A stretch of 64,000 nucleotides of DNA, from sequence record OR670491; one strand, written 5' to 3'. Origin of the DNA: Escherichia phage vB_EcoM_JNE01. The notes under the pieces are model-generated. The model was not told where the DNA came from, searched no databases, and saw nothing but the letters and a program-made list of their open reading frames with translations. Positions 8,868-18,868 of this stretch are shown here, piece by piece. Position numbers and translations under genes: made by a program. Each line of letters begins with the position of its first letter. The stretch's first letter is position 1.

Positions 8868-9392
8868 ATGTTTTTTGAACAATCTTTTATTCTGTACTAC
8901 GATTCTGGTAAAGTTGAATACACTGATAACCTTTTTGAAGTTATCAACCGAATGGGTGGAGTTGATAGTTTTCATGCTGCAATGAAATTCAATCTAGGTG
9001 AATTCAACAAACGTAACGGTAAACTGTATAATATCAGTACTGGATTTTTCTTGTGCAATGCTAAAGGCTTGATGATTTCCCCTGATCTGTTATACGATGA
9101 GTATCAGATTGCATGGGATGAATTTTGGAAGAATAAGCGTAAAGCTATTGATGACAAATTCAAACACAACAGGTCTTGGCGTTTTAAACACAGTCAAGTT
9201 CGTTACAAACACCCACATACTCAACAAGAACGTCGCATGGCATGTGCAGTTCAAAAAGATGAGGGTGAACCTAGTATTCGTGGTAAACGCAAAATGCGTT
9301 CTATCCCTTCTTTATGGGATGATAAAAAGACAAGACACAGTACTGGATGGAAAACTAGTACTAAGCGTAAACATCAATACAAAGGGAGCTAA
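8868..9392 (+). CDS. hypothetical protein with basic C-terminal tail
   Basis: 174 aa, RBS aaggag; C-terminus rich in K/R/H. Confidence 0.45.
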   Translation: MFFEQSFILYYDSGKVEYTDNLFEVINRMGGVDSFHAAMKFNLGEFNKRNGKLYNISTGFFLCNAKGLMISPDLLYDEYQIAWDEFWKNKRKAIDDKFKHNRSWRFKHSQVRYKHPHTQQERRMACAVQKDEGEPSIRGKRKMRSIPSLWDDKKTRHSTGWKTSTKRKHQYKGS

Positions 9393-9420
9393 TGCTCCCT
9401 ATTTTTATGGATACAATAAA

Positions 9421-9759
9421 ATGAATACCAATGACCGACACACAATTATAGTAGAACTAGGCTACATTGAAATTGAAAATTGTAGTATTGATAAAATGAT
9501 TGAAGTACTACAAAAGTATCGTTCGGAATATGACGGATACATGTCACTCGTCCCTGAAGGTGGGTATAGTGGTTTTGACGGTTATAAAATCCTTTTATCA
9601 CGAGATGAAACTGATGAAGAAATTATTGCTCGTCATGCAGCAGAAAAGAAACGTAAAGAGGATGCTGAACGTACTGAAATGAATCGTTTAATGCAAAAGA
9701 AATCATTGAATGCTTCTCAAAAAGAAACTCTTATTAAATATATCCAGGAATATATGTAA
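9421..9759 (+). CDS. hypothetical protein
   Basis: Coding-looking C-terminal part of ORF-track 9097..9759; N-terminal extension overlaps previous gene and looks non-coding, so start placed at ATG 9421 (uncertain). Confidence 0.4.
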   Translation: MNTNDRHTIIVELGYIEIENCSIDKMIEVLQKYRSEYDGYMSLVPEGGYSGFDGYKILLSRDETDEEIIARHAAEKKRKEDAERTEMNRLMQKKSLNASQKETLIKYIQEYM

Positions 9760-10415
9760 TGAAAAATATCACACAAGAGAAGATCCTGTACCTCGCAAAA
9801 TATAATGGTGGTTTTAATATCCAAAGCTGTGAGTACACTGGAAATATGGCTAAAATACTTGACTCTCTATTAAGTCTAGGATTGATTCGTTGGGATACTA
9901 ATGAACTTTGGTATGAATATGCTGGACAGCAATGGGAAAGTGATTATGACCATGCAATCCATTCATATACCATTACTAAAGCAGGTGAAGTTCGTTTAGC
10001 CATTATGCGTTGTGCCTATACCTATAAAAACTTCAAAGGTGAAGAGAAACATATCCGACGTAATCAAGAACTCATTCATCTCATGGGTGAAGCTGGTATC
10101 AAGATGGATGTTTTGTTGAATGAACCACGTTGGGTTAACAATCTCACCAAAGCAGAGTCGAAAGCACTACGATACATTACAGAACAAGAAGTTCAACCTT
10201 CTAAACCGGAAAAAGTACTACAAGGTGATGGTGAGTTAAGTCTTCAAAATGTGTTCGAAAGTACCAGTACTGAAAGTATTTCTGATATATCAGTCCAGAT
10301 GGCAATCAAAGCTATGGAGCTTTTTAAGACCCAATACGAAGGTACAAGTGCAGATGAAGTAGAACGTGAGTTCATTACTCGTGTACAAATTGCGTTACAT
10401 AAAAATAAAAAGTAG
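9759..10415 (+). CDS. hypothetical protein
   Basis: 218 aa ORF with ATG overlapping upstream stop. Confidence 0.5.
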   Translation: MKNITQEKILYLAKYNGGFNIQSCEYTGNMAKILDSLLSLGLIRWDTNELWYEYAGQQWESDYDHAIHSYTITKAGEVRLAIMRCAYTYKNFKGEEKHIRRNQELIHLMGEAGIKMDVLLNEPRWVNNLTKAESKALRYITEQEVQPSKPEKVLQGDGELSLQNVFESTSTESISDISVQMAIKAMELFKTQYEGTSADEVEREFITRVQIALHKNKK

Positions 10416-10421
10416 GTTCAT

Positions 10422-10601
10422 ATGAAAATTTTACTTGTACTAATAGCCGTAGTTATGGTATTATCTTGTTCAGTTAGTAATGGTAAGTACATTTACATGT
10501 CTGCGTTCGAGGAAGCACCGACAAACTGTGTACAAACTCATTCAGGTCTTATGCTAGTTAATGGCAGACCTTCAATTGAATACTTATGTATAGGTGATTA
10601 A
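10422..10601 (+). CDS. small putative lipoprotein
   Basis: 59 aa ORF not in track: MKILLVLIAVVMVLSCSVSN has signal peptide plus lipobox-like LSC. Confidence 0.35.
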   Translation: MKILLVLIAVVMVLSCSVSNGKYIYMSAFEEAPTNCVQTHSGLMLVNGRPSIEYLCIGD

Positions 10602-10604
10602 ATT

Positions 10605-10835
10605 ATGAAATTATTGTGTATTGCTATTGTTTCTTCTATTGTATTTCTAAGTGGGTGTGCACCTAAAGTTAATGAGATGGATGCTGAACTCATCCGTCTT
10701 GGATTGACTAAACTCAATCACGATGGTACACTGTATGCATGTCATGAAATGCGTCACGGTCAAGATCTGAACTTAATGTGCAGAAAGATTGTGAATCGTA
10801 AACGTATTAATACAATCCCAAGGGATGTACAATGA
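10605..10835 (+). CDS. small putative lipoprotein
   Basis: MKLLCIAIVSSIVFLSGC, signal peptide with lipobox LSGC. Confidence 0.5.
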   Translation: MKLLCIAIVSSIVFLSGCAPKVNEMDAELIRLGLTKLNHDGTLYACHEMRHGQDLNLMCRKIVNRKRINTIPRDVQ

Positions 10836-11053
10836 AAGCAAAAGAATTAGCAGAATTACTGTTACAACATCCTGACGCAGAAGTTATTGTTTGTGATGAA
10901 GAAATGTTTTTAGTTAATGCGTCTAAAGTAACGGTTTATGAAAAAGATGAGATGATAAAAGAAGGTGATGGTAGTACCAAATCGGAAGACCTTACTTCTC
11001 TTGGAATCTACGATTATCCAATTTGTAATACACAAGTTATTTTTATTTCATGA
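10832..11053 (+). CDS. hypothetical protein (N-terminus paralogous to 34374 gene)
   Basis: MKAKELAELLLQHPDAEV versus MKAKDLAALLMQNPEMEV at 34374. Confidence 0.45.
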   Translation: MKAKELAELLLQHPDAEVIVCDEEMFLVNASKVTVYEKDEMIKEGDGSTKSEDLTSLGIYDYPICNTQVIFIS

Positions 11054-11060
11054 GGAAACT

Positions 11061-11420
11061 ATGAGTGATTATGTTGGATTCCTATACCGCTTTGGTGTTG
11101 CACAAGAAAAACACATCATCCGTATGCCAGCATATGGTGAGAAAGGATGGTATAAGAGTATTATCAGTGTAGGTGCATTTCGTGACCGTGAAGCAGTATA
11201 CTTCCTTAAGAGTCTCAGTGATGAACCTATTCGCTTCTCACTTCAGCGTTTATCAGAATGGGAGGAAAGTAATAAAATCACAGCAGAATCAATGCAAGCC
11301 GTATGTGGTATTCAAAATTATGTCCATCCATATGACAATCTTCCTTGTACTGTGCATAATTCAGTGTTTGACTTTTATGCAGCAGTAGGGTATGATTATA
11401 AAAAGAAACGTTACATTTGA
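11061..11420 (+). CDS. hypothetical protein
   Basis: Start refined to ATG 11061 with RBS gagga; ORF-track 10965 start overlaps previous gene. Confidence 0.5.
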   Translation: MSDYVGFLYRFGVAQEKHIIRMPAYGEKGWYKSIISVGAFRDREAVYFLKSLSDEPIRFSLQRLSEWEESNKITAESMQAVCGIQNYVHPYDNLPCTVHNSVFDFYAAVGYDYKKKRYI

Positions 11421-11439
11421 ATTTCAATGGGGATTTAAA

Positions 11440-12057
11440 ATGACAGCAGCCGACAAGTACTGGTGGATTTACAACCACGCCTCATTCGTCAACAAAGATT
11501 TAGTATATCCAAAGATTGAGATTGAACCACATAACGTATGCCCTGATACCAATCGCATTGAAGACCATGAATATCTAAATACAAAGGTTCAGTACTGGGT
11601 AGAGTTGATGACCCCTGAATTCGATGAAGATTCACAAAACTGGATTCTTTCACACGATTATCAGTTAGATTGTGGTGGTGATACCTTTGAAGAAGCAATT
11701 GATGCAGTGTACAATAAGGTTTTGGAACGTTACGGTACATACAAACAAGAAGATGCAGATGCGTTATTTGATTCATTGTTTAAAAAATCATCACAACCAA
11801 ATCCAGCATACCAGCAATTTAGCAATCCACATGAACGATTATACAGTGCTACGTTTCTGTTGTTGAATTACGATGACAAGTTCTCGCTGATTGATAGCAT
11901 AGATACTCGTAAAAATACAATAAAGTCCTTGCAGAAGTACATTGCTTCTTGTACAATAGAGCAATCAGAGAAAGCAAAGATTGCATTAGAAGATGAAGAA
12001 TGTTTGCTTTGGTTGCAAGAACTATCACTTAAAACAGGCGTGGATTTATTACTATGA
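11440..12057 (+). CDS. hypothetical protein
   Basis: Start refined to ATG 11440 (RBS gggga); 206 aa. Confidence 0.5.
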   Translation: MTAADKYWWIYNHASFVNKDLVYPKIEIEPHNVCPDTNRIEDHEYLNTKVQYWVELMTPEFDEDSQNWILSHDYQLDCGGDTFEEAIDAVYNKVLERYGTYKQEDADALFDSLFKKSSQPNPAYQQFSNPHERLYSATFLLLNYDDKFSLIDSIDTRKNTIKSLQKYIASCTIEQSEKAKIALEDEECLLWLQELSLKTGVDLLL

Positions 12058-12422
12058 ACAGTAAACTGGAAAAACTAATTGAAGAACTTCGACGGATGCC
12101 GCCAATTGAGCAAGTTGGCAATTACAAGCGTTATCGCGTTATAGCACGAGCACTGGATAAGAAAGGTCGAGTACTGGCAACTCGTACCAACTCTTATACA
12201 CAAACTCATCCTAAACAGAAAGGGTTTGCGATTCGTGCTGGACGTCCACAAGGTGAGTTTCTTCATGCTGAAATTTCATGTTTACTGGCTGCACGGGCTG
12301 AAGTTCATACTCTGTTGATTGCACGAGTCAGTAAAGATGGCATTCCAGTTCCAGCTAAACCATGCGAGATTTGCACTTTAGCTATCCAAGAATATGGAGT
12401 AAAAGAAATTATTCACACATGA
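12054..12422 (+). CDS. cytidine/deoxycytidylate deaminase family zinc-binding protein
   Basis: HAE (HAEISCL) and PCxxC (PCEIC) zinc-binding motifs of the CDA fold; 122 aa. Confidence 0.6.
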   Translation: MNSKLEKLIEELRRMPPIEQVGNYKRYRVIARALDKKGRVLATRTNSYTQTHPKQKGFAIRAGRPQGEFLHAEISCLLAARAEVHTLLIARVSKDGIPVPAKPCEICTLAIQEYGVKEIIHT

Positions 12423-12643
12423 AAACTGAATACTACGATAAACATACTGTATTCTATACTAAATCCACTATACTGTATTATTACATATTTGAACCTAATT
12501 ACTGTTTACAGATAACAACCTACGCAAATGGTAGATTTAAAGATGTAAACTTCCCATTAACCGATTTAGCAAAACATATCAGTACTGAACATTTCATTAA
12601 TTTAGTACAAGTATATTGTAAACCAAACCCTAACAACACTTAA
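12419..12643 (+). CDS. hypothetical small protein (uncertain)
   Basis: ATG overlaps deaminase stop (ATGA) but region is AT-rich and repeat-containing; may be non-coding. Confidence 0.25.
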   Translation: MKTEYYDKHTVFYTKSTILYYYIFEPNYCLQITTYANGRFKDVNFPLTDLAKHISTEHFINLVQVYCKPNPNNT

Positions 12644-12658
12644 ACTAAGGAGTCAATA

Positions 12659-13021
12659 ATGGCTAAAACAATTTCAATGAAAGACGATACCGTTGGTATT
12701 CGCAAAGATGGTTTCTATGGTTTCTCATGGACTACCCTATTCTTCGGTCCAATCCCTGCACTATTCCGTGGTGATTTCCTAACATTCCTTGGTGTAGTAG
12801 CTGTGTACGTAGTTCTTAACGTATTCACTATGGGTATTCTCGGAACCCTAGCTATGGTAGTATGGGCGTTCATGTACAACAAATATTACACCCAAAGCCT
12901 ACTCAAGAAAGGTTTTAAATTCAATGGCAGTGATGAAGACAACAAAGAAGCAGCAATGTATTTGCATGTGGAATTGAACTCTCATAACACGGTTGATAAA
13001 AACAAAGGTCCAGAGGTCTAA
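12659..13021 (+). CDS. membrane protein
   Basis: 120 aa with two hydrophobic segments; RBS aaggag. Confidence 0.5.
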   Translation: MAKTISMKDDTVGIRKDGFYGFSWTTLFFGPIPALFRGDFLTFLGVVAVYVVLNVFTMGILGTLAMVVWAFMYNKYYTQSLLKKGFKFNGSDEDNKEAAMYLHVELNSHNTVDKNKGPEV

Positions 13022-13200
13022 TGGAAATCTTTAAAAAAGATTATGATGGGGAAAGTCTTTATGATATGCAGCGTGACGTACACGAAGCGTTTGATTCAAG
13101 ATTTAACCCATTAGCCGACCAGATTCCACAAGATGAATTTGGTTTTCAAGAAGGTACATTCACAGTAACTATTACCTGGACACCGGATGAGAATAATTAA
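13021..13200 (+). CDS. hypothetical small acidic protein
   Basis: 59 aa ORF, ATG overlapping upstream stop (TAATG). Confidence 0.35.
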   Translation: MEIFKKDYDGESLYDMQRDVHEAFDSRFNPLADQIPQDEFGFQEGTFTVTITWTPDENN

Positions 13201-13303
13201 ACTTTTGATTGGCTTATTAGCAATGATATTGTTTTTTATATGTTCCGCTCCAATTAATACTATGGTGTTGATTTGGGCAGTTGTAATTTTAGCAGTACTT
13301 TAA
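13187..13303 (+). CDS. small hydrophobic peptide (uncertain)
   Basis: 38 aa, single predicted TM helix, followed directly by terminator. Confidence 0.25.
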   Translation: MRIIKLLIGLLAMILFFICSAPINTMVLIWAVVILAVL

Positions 13304-13327
13304 AAGCACCCTAGTGGTGCTTTTTTC
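13304..13327 (+). terminator. intrinsic terminator
   Basis: GCACC-CTAGT-GGTGC then TTTTTT. Confidence 0.6.
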
Positions 13328-13464
13328 ATTTGTACAAATAAAAACCTATCTACCCTTTCATTGATTCAGGTCAAAAGAAACATAGCGTTCTGGAGCTATA
13401 ATGTTGTCTTGTGGAGTTAAATAACTTCACCCCAGATGAATTATAGAATACAAGGAAGAATTAA

Positions 13465-15267
13465 ATGCAACTAGATAAACTTTACACGGACGTGACTAAT
13501 TTCCTCAATCAGAACAATTCTGACCTAACCAACGAAAACGCGAATAAGGATGCTAAATGTGTCAATACCCATAGAGACTTGCTTGCAGGTATTCTTTCTA
13601 AACACTATTCACAAGATGTTATTGCACCCGACCTGATGCAATGGCATAATGATGGATATGGTCATATTCATGATTTGGACTACTATATTAGCCCGTTAAC
13701 TAACTGTTGCTTAGTAAATTACCCTGATATGCTCAAGAACGGTTTTACTATTGGCTGTGCCAAAATTGAAGAACCAAAGAGTTTCAGTGTAGCGTGTACA
13801 GTACTGACACAGATTGTTCAAGCTGTTGCTAGTTCCCAGTACGGTGGTCAATCACTGGCACATATTGATGTTGGTTTAGAACCATACGTCGAAAAGTCAT
13901 GGAATAAGCTATTAGCTAAACAAAAGAAATACAATCTAAGTACTGAATATATTGAAGAAGAATTACGTAAAGAAGTATATGATGGTTGTCAAACTCTCCT
14001 GTACCAGACTAACTCTATGATTAGTACCAATGGTCAGGCTGCATTCATTTCTTTAAGCTTAGGACTGAATACTTCCAAATTTGGCAAACTAATCACTGAA
14101 CAGTACTTAAAAGTACATGAAAATGGTTTAGGTGTTAATAAGATCACTCCGGTGTTCCCTAAAGTGATTTTCTTTTTACAAGATGGCATTAACATGAATC
14201 CAAAGGATATTAGCTACGATATGAAGCAATTGGCTATGCGTTGTGCTTCTAAGCGTATATACCCTGATTTCGTTAGTGTTCCACTAAATCACAAGGTTAC
14301 TGGGGCATCAAGTGCTGTTACTCCTATGGGATGCCGAAGCTTCTTAGGTAAATGGGAAGATGCTAATGGAAACGAACAGTACAATGGTCGCTTCAACTTA
14401 GGTGTAGTGTCTATCAACTTACCGCTAATTGCTCTTGAAAGCACTTCAGATGGTGATTTCTTTGATAAGATAGACGAGCACATGAATATTGCGTACAGAG
14501 CACAGATGAACCGTGTAGAGCGTTTAAAAGGTACTAAGGCTAAACAGAACCCTATCCTGTTCATGGAAGGTGCTCTTGCTCGTCTTGGTGCAGAAGAAAC
14601 TATTGACAAACTCTTCTACGATGGTTATGCTAGTATCAGTATTGGATATGTAGGATTAGTTGAATGTTCAGAGATTTTGACTGGTTCAATCAGTAAAGAG
14701 TTCTGCATGTCAGTACTGAATTATATGAAAGTGAAATGTGATGAATTCAAGAATGAGAGCAATATAGCCTTTAGTCTATATGGAACTCCTGCTGAATCAT
14801 TATGTTACAAGTTTGCTCGTTGTATCGAGGTAAAACACCCATCAGTACTTAAACGTGACTACATTACAAACTCATTCCATCAACCTGTATGGGTTGAGAG
14901 TACTCCATTCGAGAAGTGGGTTTATGAAGAAGGATTTGCATATTTGAGTGCAGGTGGTAACATTAGCTACGTCGAGTCACCAAATCTTTCAAACAACATA
15001 CAAGCACTAGAAACACTAATAAACTACGCATATACTAAGATTCCTTACTTTGGTATCAACCAACCAGTGGATCGTTGTTATGAGTGTAATTTTGAAGGTG
15101 AGTTCAGTGTTGATAAGCACGGGTTCCATTGTCCAGTTTGTGATAACAGAAATGAGAAAACCATCTCTGTAATTCGTCGTGTATCTGGATACTTAGGAAA
15201 TCCGTCTTCCCGTGGTTTTAACAAGGGTAAACAGCAAGAATGTTGTGAGAGAGTACAACACAAATAA
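13465..15267 (+). CDS. nrdD: anaerobic ribonucleoside-triphosphate reductase (class III RNR)
   Basis: 600 aa; C-terminal Zn ribbon CYECNFEG...CPVCDN and glycyl-radical motif RVSGYLG; overall NrdD-like. Confidence 0.95.
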   Translation: MQLDKLYTDVTNFLNQNNSDLTNENANKDAKCVNTHRDLLAGILSKHYSQDVIAPDLMQWHNDGYGHIHDLDYYISPLTNCCLVNYPDMLKNGFTIGCAKIEEPKSFSVACTVLTQIVQAVASSQYGGQSLAHIDVGLEPYVEKSWNKLLAKQKKYNLSTEYIEEELRKEVYDGCQTLLYQTNSMISTNGQAAFISLSLGLNTSKFGKLITEQYLKVHENGLGVNKITPVFPKVIFFLQDGINMNPKDISYDMKQLAMRCASKRIYPDFVSVPLNHKVTGASSAVTPMGCRSFLGKWEDANGNEQYNGRFNLGVVSINLPLIALESTSDGDFFDKIDEHMNIAYRAQMNRVERLKGTKAKQNPILFMEGALARLGAEETIDKLFYDGYASISIGYVGLVECSEILTGSISKEFCMSVLNYMKVKCDEFKNESNIAFSLYGTPAESLCYKFARCIEVKHPSVLKRDYITNSFHQPVWVESTPFEKWVYEEGFAYLSAGGNISYVESPNLSNNIQALETLINYAYTKIPYFGINQPVDRCYECNFEGEFSVDKHGFHCPVCDNRNEKTISVIRRVSGYLGNPSSRGFNKGKQQECCERVQHK

Positions 15268-15274
15268 GGTACAT

Positions 15275-15604
15275 ATGTGCGATTTAAAACCAATAGTTGT
15301 TAACAAATACAAAGAACAGTATGATGTGTACATTGGTCGTGGGTCGAAATGGGGAAATCCATTCACCCACATTAAAGACAAGGAAACTAAAGCAGAATTC
15401 ATTGTTGCGACCCGCGAAGAGTCAATTGAGAAGTTCAGAGACTATATTCTGGAACGTATCGAAAAGGGTGAAGTTCAAATTGATGAACTCCTTGAACTCG
15501 CTGGGAAACGTCTTGGTTGCTTTTGTAAGCCCAAATCATGTCATGGTGATGTTCTTGTGGAAATAGTGAGTGCTATACTAGATGAACTATCAGACGATAA
15601 TTAA
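15275..15604 (+). CDS. DUF4326-like protein
   Basis: VYIGRGSKWGNPF motif; start refined to ATG 15275. Confidence 0.45.
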   Translation: MCDLKPIVVNKYKEQYDVYIGRGSKWGNPFTHIKDKETKAEFIVATREESIEKFRDYILERIEKGEVQIDELLELAGKRLGCFCKPKSCHGDVLVEIVSAILDELSDDN

Positions 15605-16052
15605 AGACGATTTAGTTAACGGGGAGGGAGTACGATGCTCTCTCTTCGTGAGTGGTTGTAGCCACGGATGTGATGGGTGTTTCAATGAAGAAGCATGGGA
15701 TTACAGAAGTGGATCAAAATTCAGTACTGCTGAAGTTGAAGTTATTCTTAAAGAGTTAGATAAGCCATATGTTACCGGATTATCTTTACTTGGGGGAGAT
15801 CCTCTTATGCCAAAGAATATCAGTACTGTTATTGATTTATGTAAAACTGTAAAAGAATTACATCCTACCAAAACAATTTGGTGCTGGAGTGGCTATACTT
15901 TAGAAGAGATTAAACTAAATCATTCTAAGGATATTCTTCAGTACTTAGATGTTTTAGTAGATGGTAAGTTTATTGAATCCGAAAAGAATCTAAGATTACC
16001 TTTTAGGGGTTCTAATAACCAACGTATTCTTCACAAAGACAAAGATTTTTAA
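15582..16052 (+). CDS. nrdG: anaerobic RNR activating protein (radical SAM)
   Basis: CSLFVSGCSHGCDGC radical-SAM cysteine cluster; immediately downstream of nrdD. Confidence 0.9.
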   Translation: MNYQTIIKDDLVNGEGVRCSLFVSGCSHGCDGCFNEEAWDYRSGSKFSTAEVEVILKELDKPYVTGLSLLGGDPLMPKNISTVIDLCKTVKELHPTKTIWCWSGYTLEEIKLNHSKDILQYLDVLVDGKFIESEKNLRLPFRGSNNQRILHKDKDF

Positions 16053-16057
16053 AATGT

Positions 16058-16082
16058 GGCTTCCCTAGTGGAAGCCTTTTTG
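16058..16082 (+). terminator. intrinsic terminator
   Basis: GGCTTCC-CTAGT-GGAAGCC then TTTTT. Confidence 0.65.
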
Positions 16083-16156
16083 CGTTCAAAGGAACTGTAG
16101 GTACGCGAATATGTGCATAAATACATGAACAAATATCTATAATAAAAGGGATATAT

Positions 16157-18856
16157 ATGTCAAAGAAAATATATGGTGGCTTAGATGTCACACATAATGT
16201 TACAGTGAAAGGGAAACGTACTGTTCAAGGTATCAATGATCAAGTTTTTGATTCCAATGGTAACATGGAACTTGATACTTATACTAAAGAAGAAATTCTT
16301 GACGTAATTAGTATGATGCCTTTGTCACATTATGGTACACATAACTATCTACCTGCTGGTGTAAGTGGTGACTTCAACGGAGCATCAGAAAACACATCAC
16401 AGCGTAGAAACAAAATTCTATTAGAAGATGACGGAACATTAGTAATGTTGCGTGCTGGTACAAACGGTAGTGTGGAAGGTCTATTCTACTCTTACCTAGC
16501 GAACGCATTAACTATTGAAGATATGGGTCGTACCGTGAATACTGGTAAGCAGTATCAACCAGGGTTTTTGGGTTCCACAAAAGTTGCTTTCGGTTTATAT
16601 AACACTGATAGTAATATAATGATTGGTCAATATAAAGATACAACTAATAGCACTACTGGTTATTTTGTATCTATTACAAACAATACACTTGATGATACTC
16701 AGCACTCAGGATTTATCATTAATCAGTACACTGACCTTTCACCACAAGGTAACATTGAATATGCAATGATGGCAGAAGATGGTTCAATCTATGTGTTTAG
16801 TTTAGATGTTGCAGATAATAAAATGCACATGATTGTACAGCGTATTGTGTTTAATATTAGTGCTGGTACATACACTACATCACGTATATCTGGATGGACT
16901 ACAAAAACATTCTACAATACAACTATCAGTGCTAATACTAATATAGTATTAACCAACAGAACTTATTCAACTGATATTGTAGATAAACCATATGCTCTTG
17001 TACCAACTAACCTACGTGGTATTGGTATATACATGACTTCATATGATTTATATGTTGCACAACAGCCTGGTACTCAGAACTTCCGTTTCCGTTTAAATGG
17101 GGACTTATGGGCGACAATGGCAGACTATAATACACGTCCACAACATAGTTTTAGTTTCAATTTCAATATGAGTACTAAACAATGTACGTTAGATACTGGC
17201 AATGACATTGGTTCATTCCAAGCACCTATCGTTATTACAAATACTGGGACTCAATTAGTTGCTACTGGTAATGCTCTAAACAAAGATGATTTTTATAACC
17301 ACAGTGGTGCACGTAACATTTATAGTGGATATTACTATTCAGTAGAAGGTGTTGCTTTCTGTACAATATGTCCAAACCTAGCAGAACCATTACACATGGA
17401 AAAAGGTCATTACCCAGCACAATCTGTTTATAGCATGATAAATGTTAGAGCAGTGAGTTGTACAGATTTTCGTGATGGAAGAGTTGGTCCGACATTTGGT
17501 TCAGCAGTAGGGTCATATATCAACGGTGTTGAATTGTTACCTGATAACAGTACTAAACAGTTCTCTCGTGCTTCCGGTACAGGTTCTTACCAACCATCAT
17601 ATGCAGTGCATAAGAGTACTCCTAACTTTACGTTCAAATCACTTTCAATGGGGACTATTCAGGGTTATGAGCCAACAGCAGAACGTGCAAACGTAGCTGA
17701 TACGACCAACAACCGAGTATTCATTAGTTCAATTTCAGGAAGTACAGTTACAACTAATGGTGGTGTACTAATATGTGGTCAACGTTACTCACAGTCGTTA
17801 TCATATGATAAGTACATGAATGGTACTAACGTAATTAGTGTTACTCAATCAGTACTTGACAACTTCAGAACAGCAGAGTATGCTAAAGTTGCTAGTTCAT
17901 GGAACCTATCAAGTGCATCGGGTAAAGACATGTCGTTGTTTGTTCCACAGCAATCTGACATTCCAGCGTTTGTGTTTCTCAGTTCAGTGACGAACAATAA
18001 CCAGAACTATATTCGTGTTGCAGAAGTTAATGTTAATACAAGAGTAGGGAACATTACTAGTATTACATTTAAACGTTTAGTTTATGAAAACGTTCATGGT
18101 GATAACTTCGTTTCGAATACATCAGGTTCATTCTCTTCTTCATCTGTTGGTATGACAATTTATGATGGTGGTTCATTCTATTTCTTAGGTGGTTCTGATC
18201 CATTAACACATAATACTATCGGTAACACAAATACACATATGTTCCGTGCTTATGTTACTAAATCCACTGCAACTATTGATAGCTTCATTATTGCGGGTGG
18301 TCACGCCAGTTATGAACAAGGTGCTCAACCAGCAGCGTTGCCTGGATTGGGTTTTGGTATTTTTGCTGCAATTGACTATTCTAACAAAATGACATTCGTA
18401 CCTTTTGGAACAACTATTGCTGATTATAACGCATGGACACAGAAAGCGACTGCAATAAACTTAGTATCACAAGACGTTGCACAAGGTTTTATCGTGTACT
18501 TCACCGAAGAAACACCAGTAATACTATCAGGTAAATCATTTACTCTACCTATTTCGAATATTGATTTAACAACTGTAAAAGCTAATCCAGCCAATACGAC
18601 GTTTTATCTTTATATTAAAATGGAGCAAGGTAATGTTAAATACCACATAACTACTGAAGTTATTTCAGAAGCTGGTACTTCTGCATATAACGTATTTTGG
18701 ATTGGAACAATTAAAACTAACTCTCTTCAAATTGAAACAGTAAATGTTGAAAAACGTTCTCGTTTGGATATATTTGGTGCATCACTAGAAGCAGCAGGTT
18801 CTTCATTCCCAGTAAGTTATGGTTTACCATCACAAACAGGAACTATCAACTGGTAA
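16157..18856 (+). CDS. long tail fibre protein (paralog 1)
   Basis: 899 aa, Ser/Thr/Asn/Gly-rich beta-rich composition; N- and C-terminal regions shared with the 19473 gene; C-terminal SSFPVSYGLPSQTGTINW. Confidence 0.7.
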   Translation: MSKKIYGGLDVTHNVTVKGKRTVQGINDQVFDSNGNMELDTYTKEEILDVISMMPLSHYGTHNYLPAGVSGDFNGASENTSQRRNKILLEDDGTLVMLRAGTNGSVEGLFYSYLANALTIEDMGRTVNTGKQYQPGFLGSTKVAFGLYNTDSNIMIGQYKDTTNSTTGYFVSITNNTLDDTQHSGFIINQYTDLSPQGNIEYAMMAEDGSIYVFSLDVADNKMHMIVQRIVFNISAGTYTTSRISGWTTKTFYNTTISANTNIVLTNRTYSTDIVDKPYALVPTNLRGIGIYMTSYDLYVAQQPGTQNFRFRLNGDLWATMADYNTRPQHSFSFNFNMSTKQCTLDTGNDIGSFQAPIVITNTGTQLVATGNALNKDDFYNHSGARNIYSGYYYSVEGVAFCTICPNLAEPLHMEKGHYPAQSVYSMINVRAVSCTDFRDGRVGPTFGSAVGSYINGVELLPDNSTKQFSRASGTGSYQPSYAVHKSTPNFTFKSLSMGTIQGYEPTAERANVADTTNNRVFISSISGSTVTTNGGVLICGQRYSQSLSYDKYMNGTNVISVTQSVLDNFRTAEYAKVASSWNLSSASGKDMSLFVPQQSDIPAFVFLSSVTNNNQNYIRVAEVNVNTRVGNITSITFKRLVYENVHGDNFVSNTSGSFSSSSVGMTIYDGGSFYFLGGSDPLTHNTIGNTNTHMFRAYVTKSTATIDSFIIAGGHASYEQGAQPAALPGLGFGIFAAIDYSNKMTFVPFGTTIADYNAWTQKATAINLVSQDVAQGFIVYFTEETPVILSGKSFTLPISNIDLTTVKANPANTTFYLYIKMEQGNVKYHITTEVISEAGTSAYNVFWIGTIKTNSLQIETVNVEKRSRLDIFGASLEAAGSSFPVSYGLPSQTGTINW

Positions 18857-18868
18857 GGGATTACAATT

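Noticed and set aside
9097-9420. N-terminal extension of ORF-track 9097..9759
   Set aside because: Overlaps 8868..9392 in another frame and reads as non-protein-like; only the part from ATG 9421 looks coding.
12362-12418. Long version of ORF 12362..12643
   Set aside because: Its first 19 codons lie inside the deaminase gene in another frame; if real at all the gene would start at the ATGA overlap 12419.
13465-15267. Intron or intein in nrdD or in td (63290 onward)
   Set aside because: Both reading frames are uninterrupted and of normal length for their families within the window.
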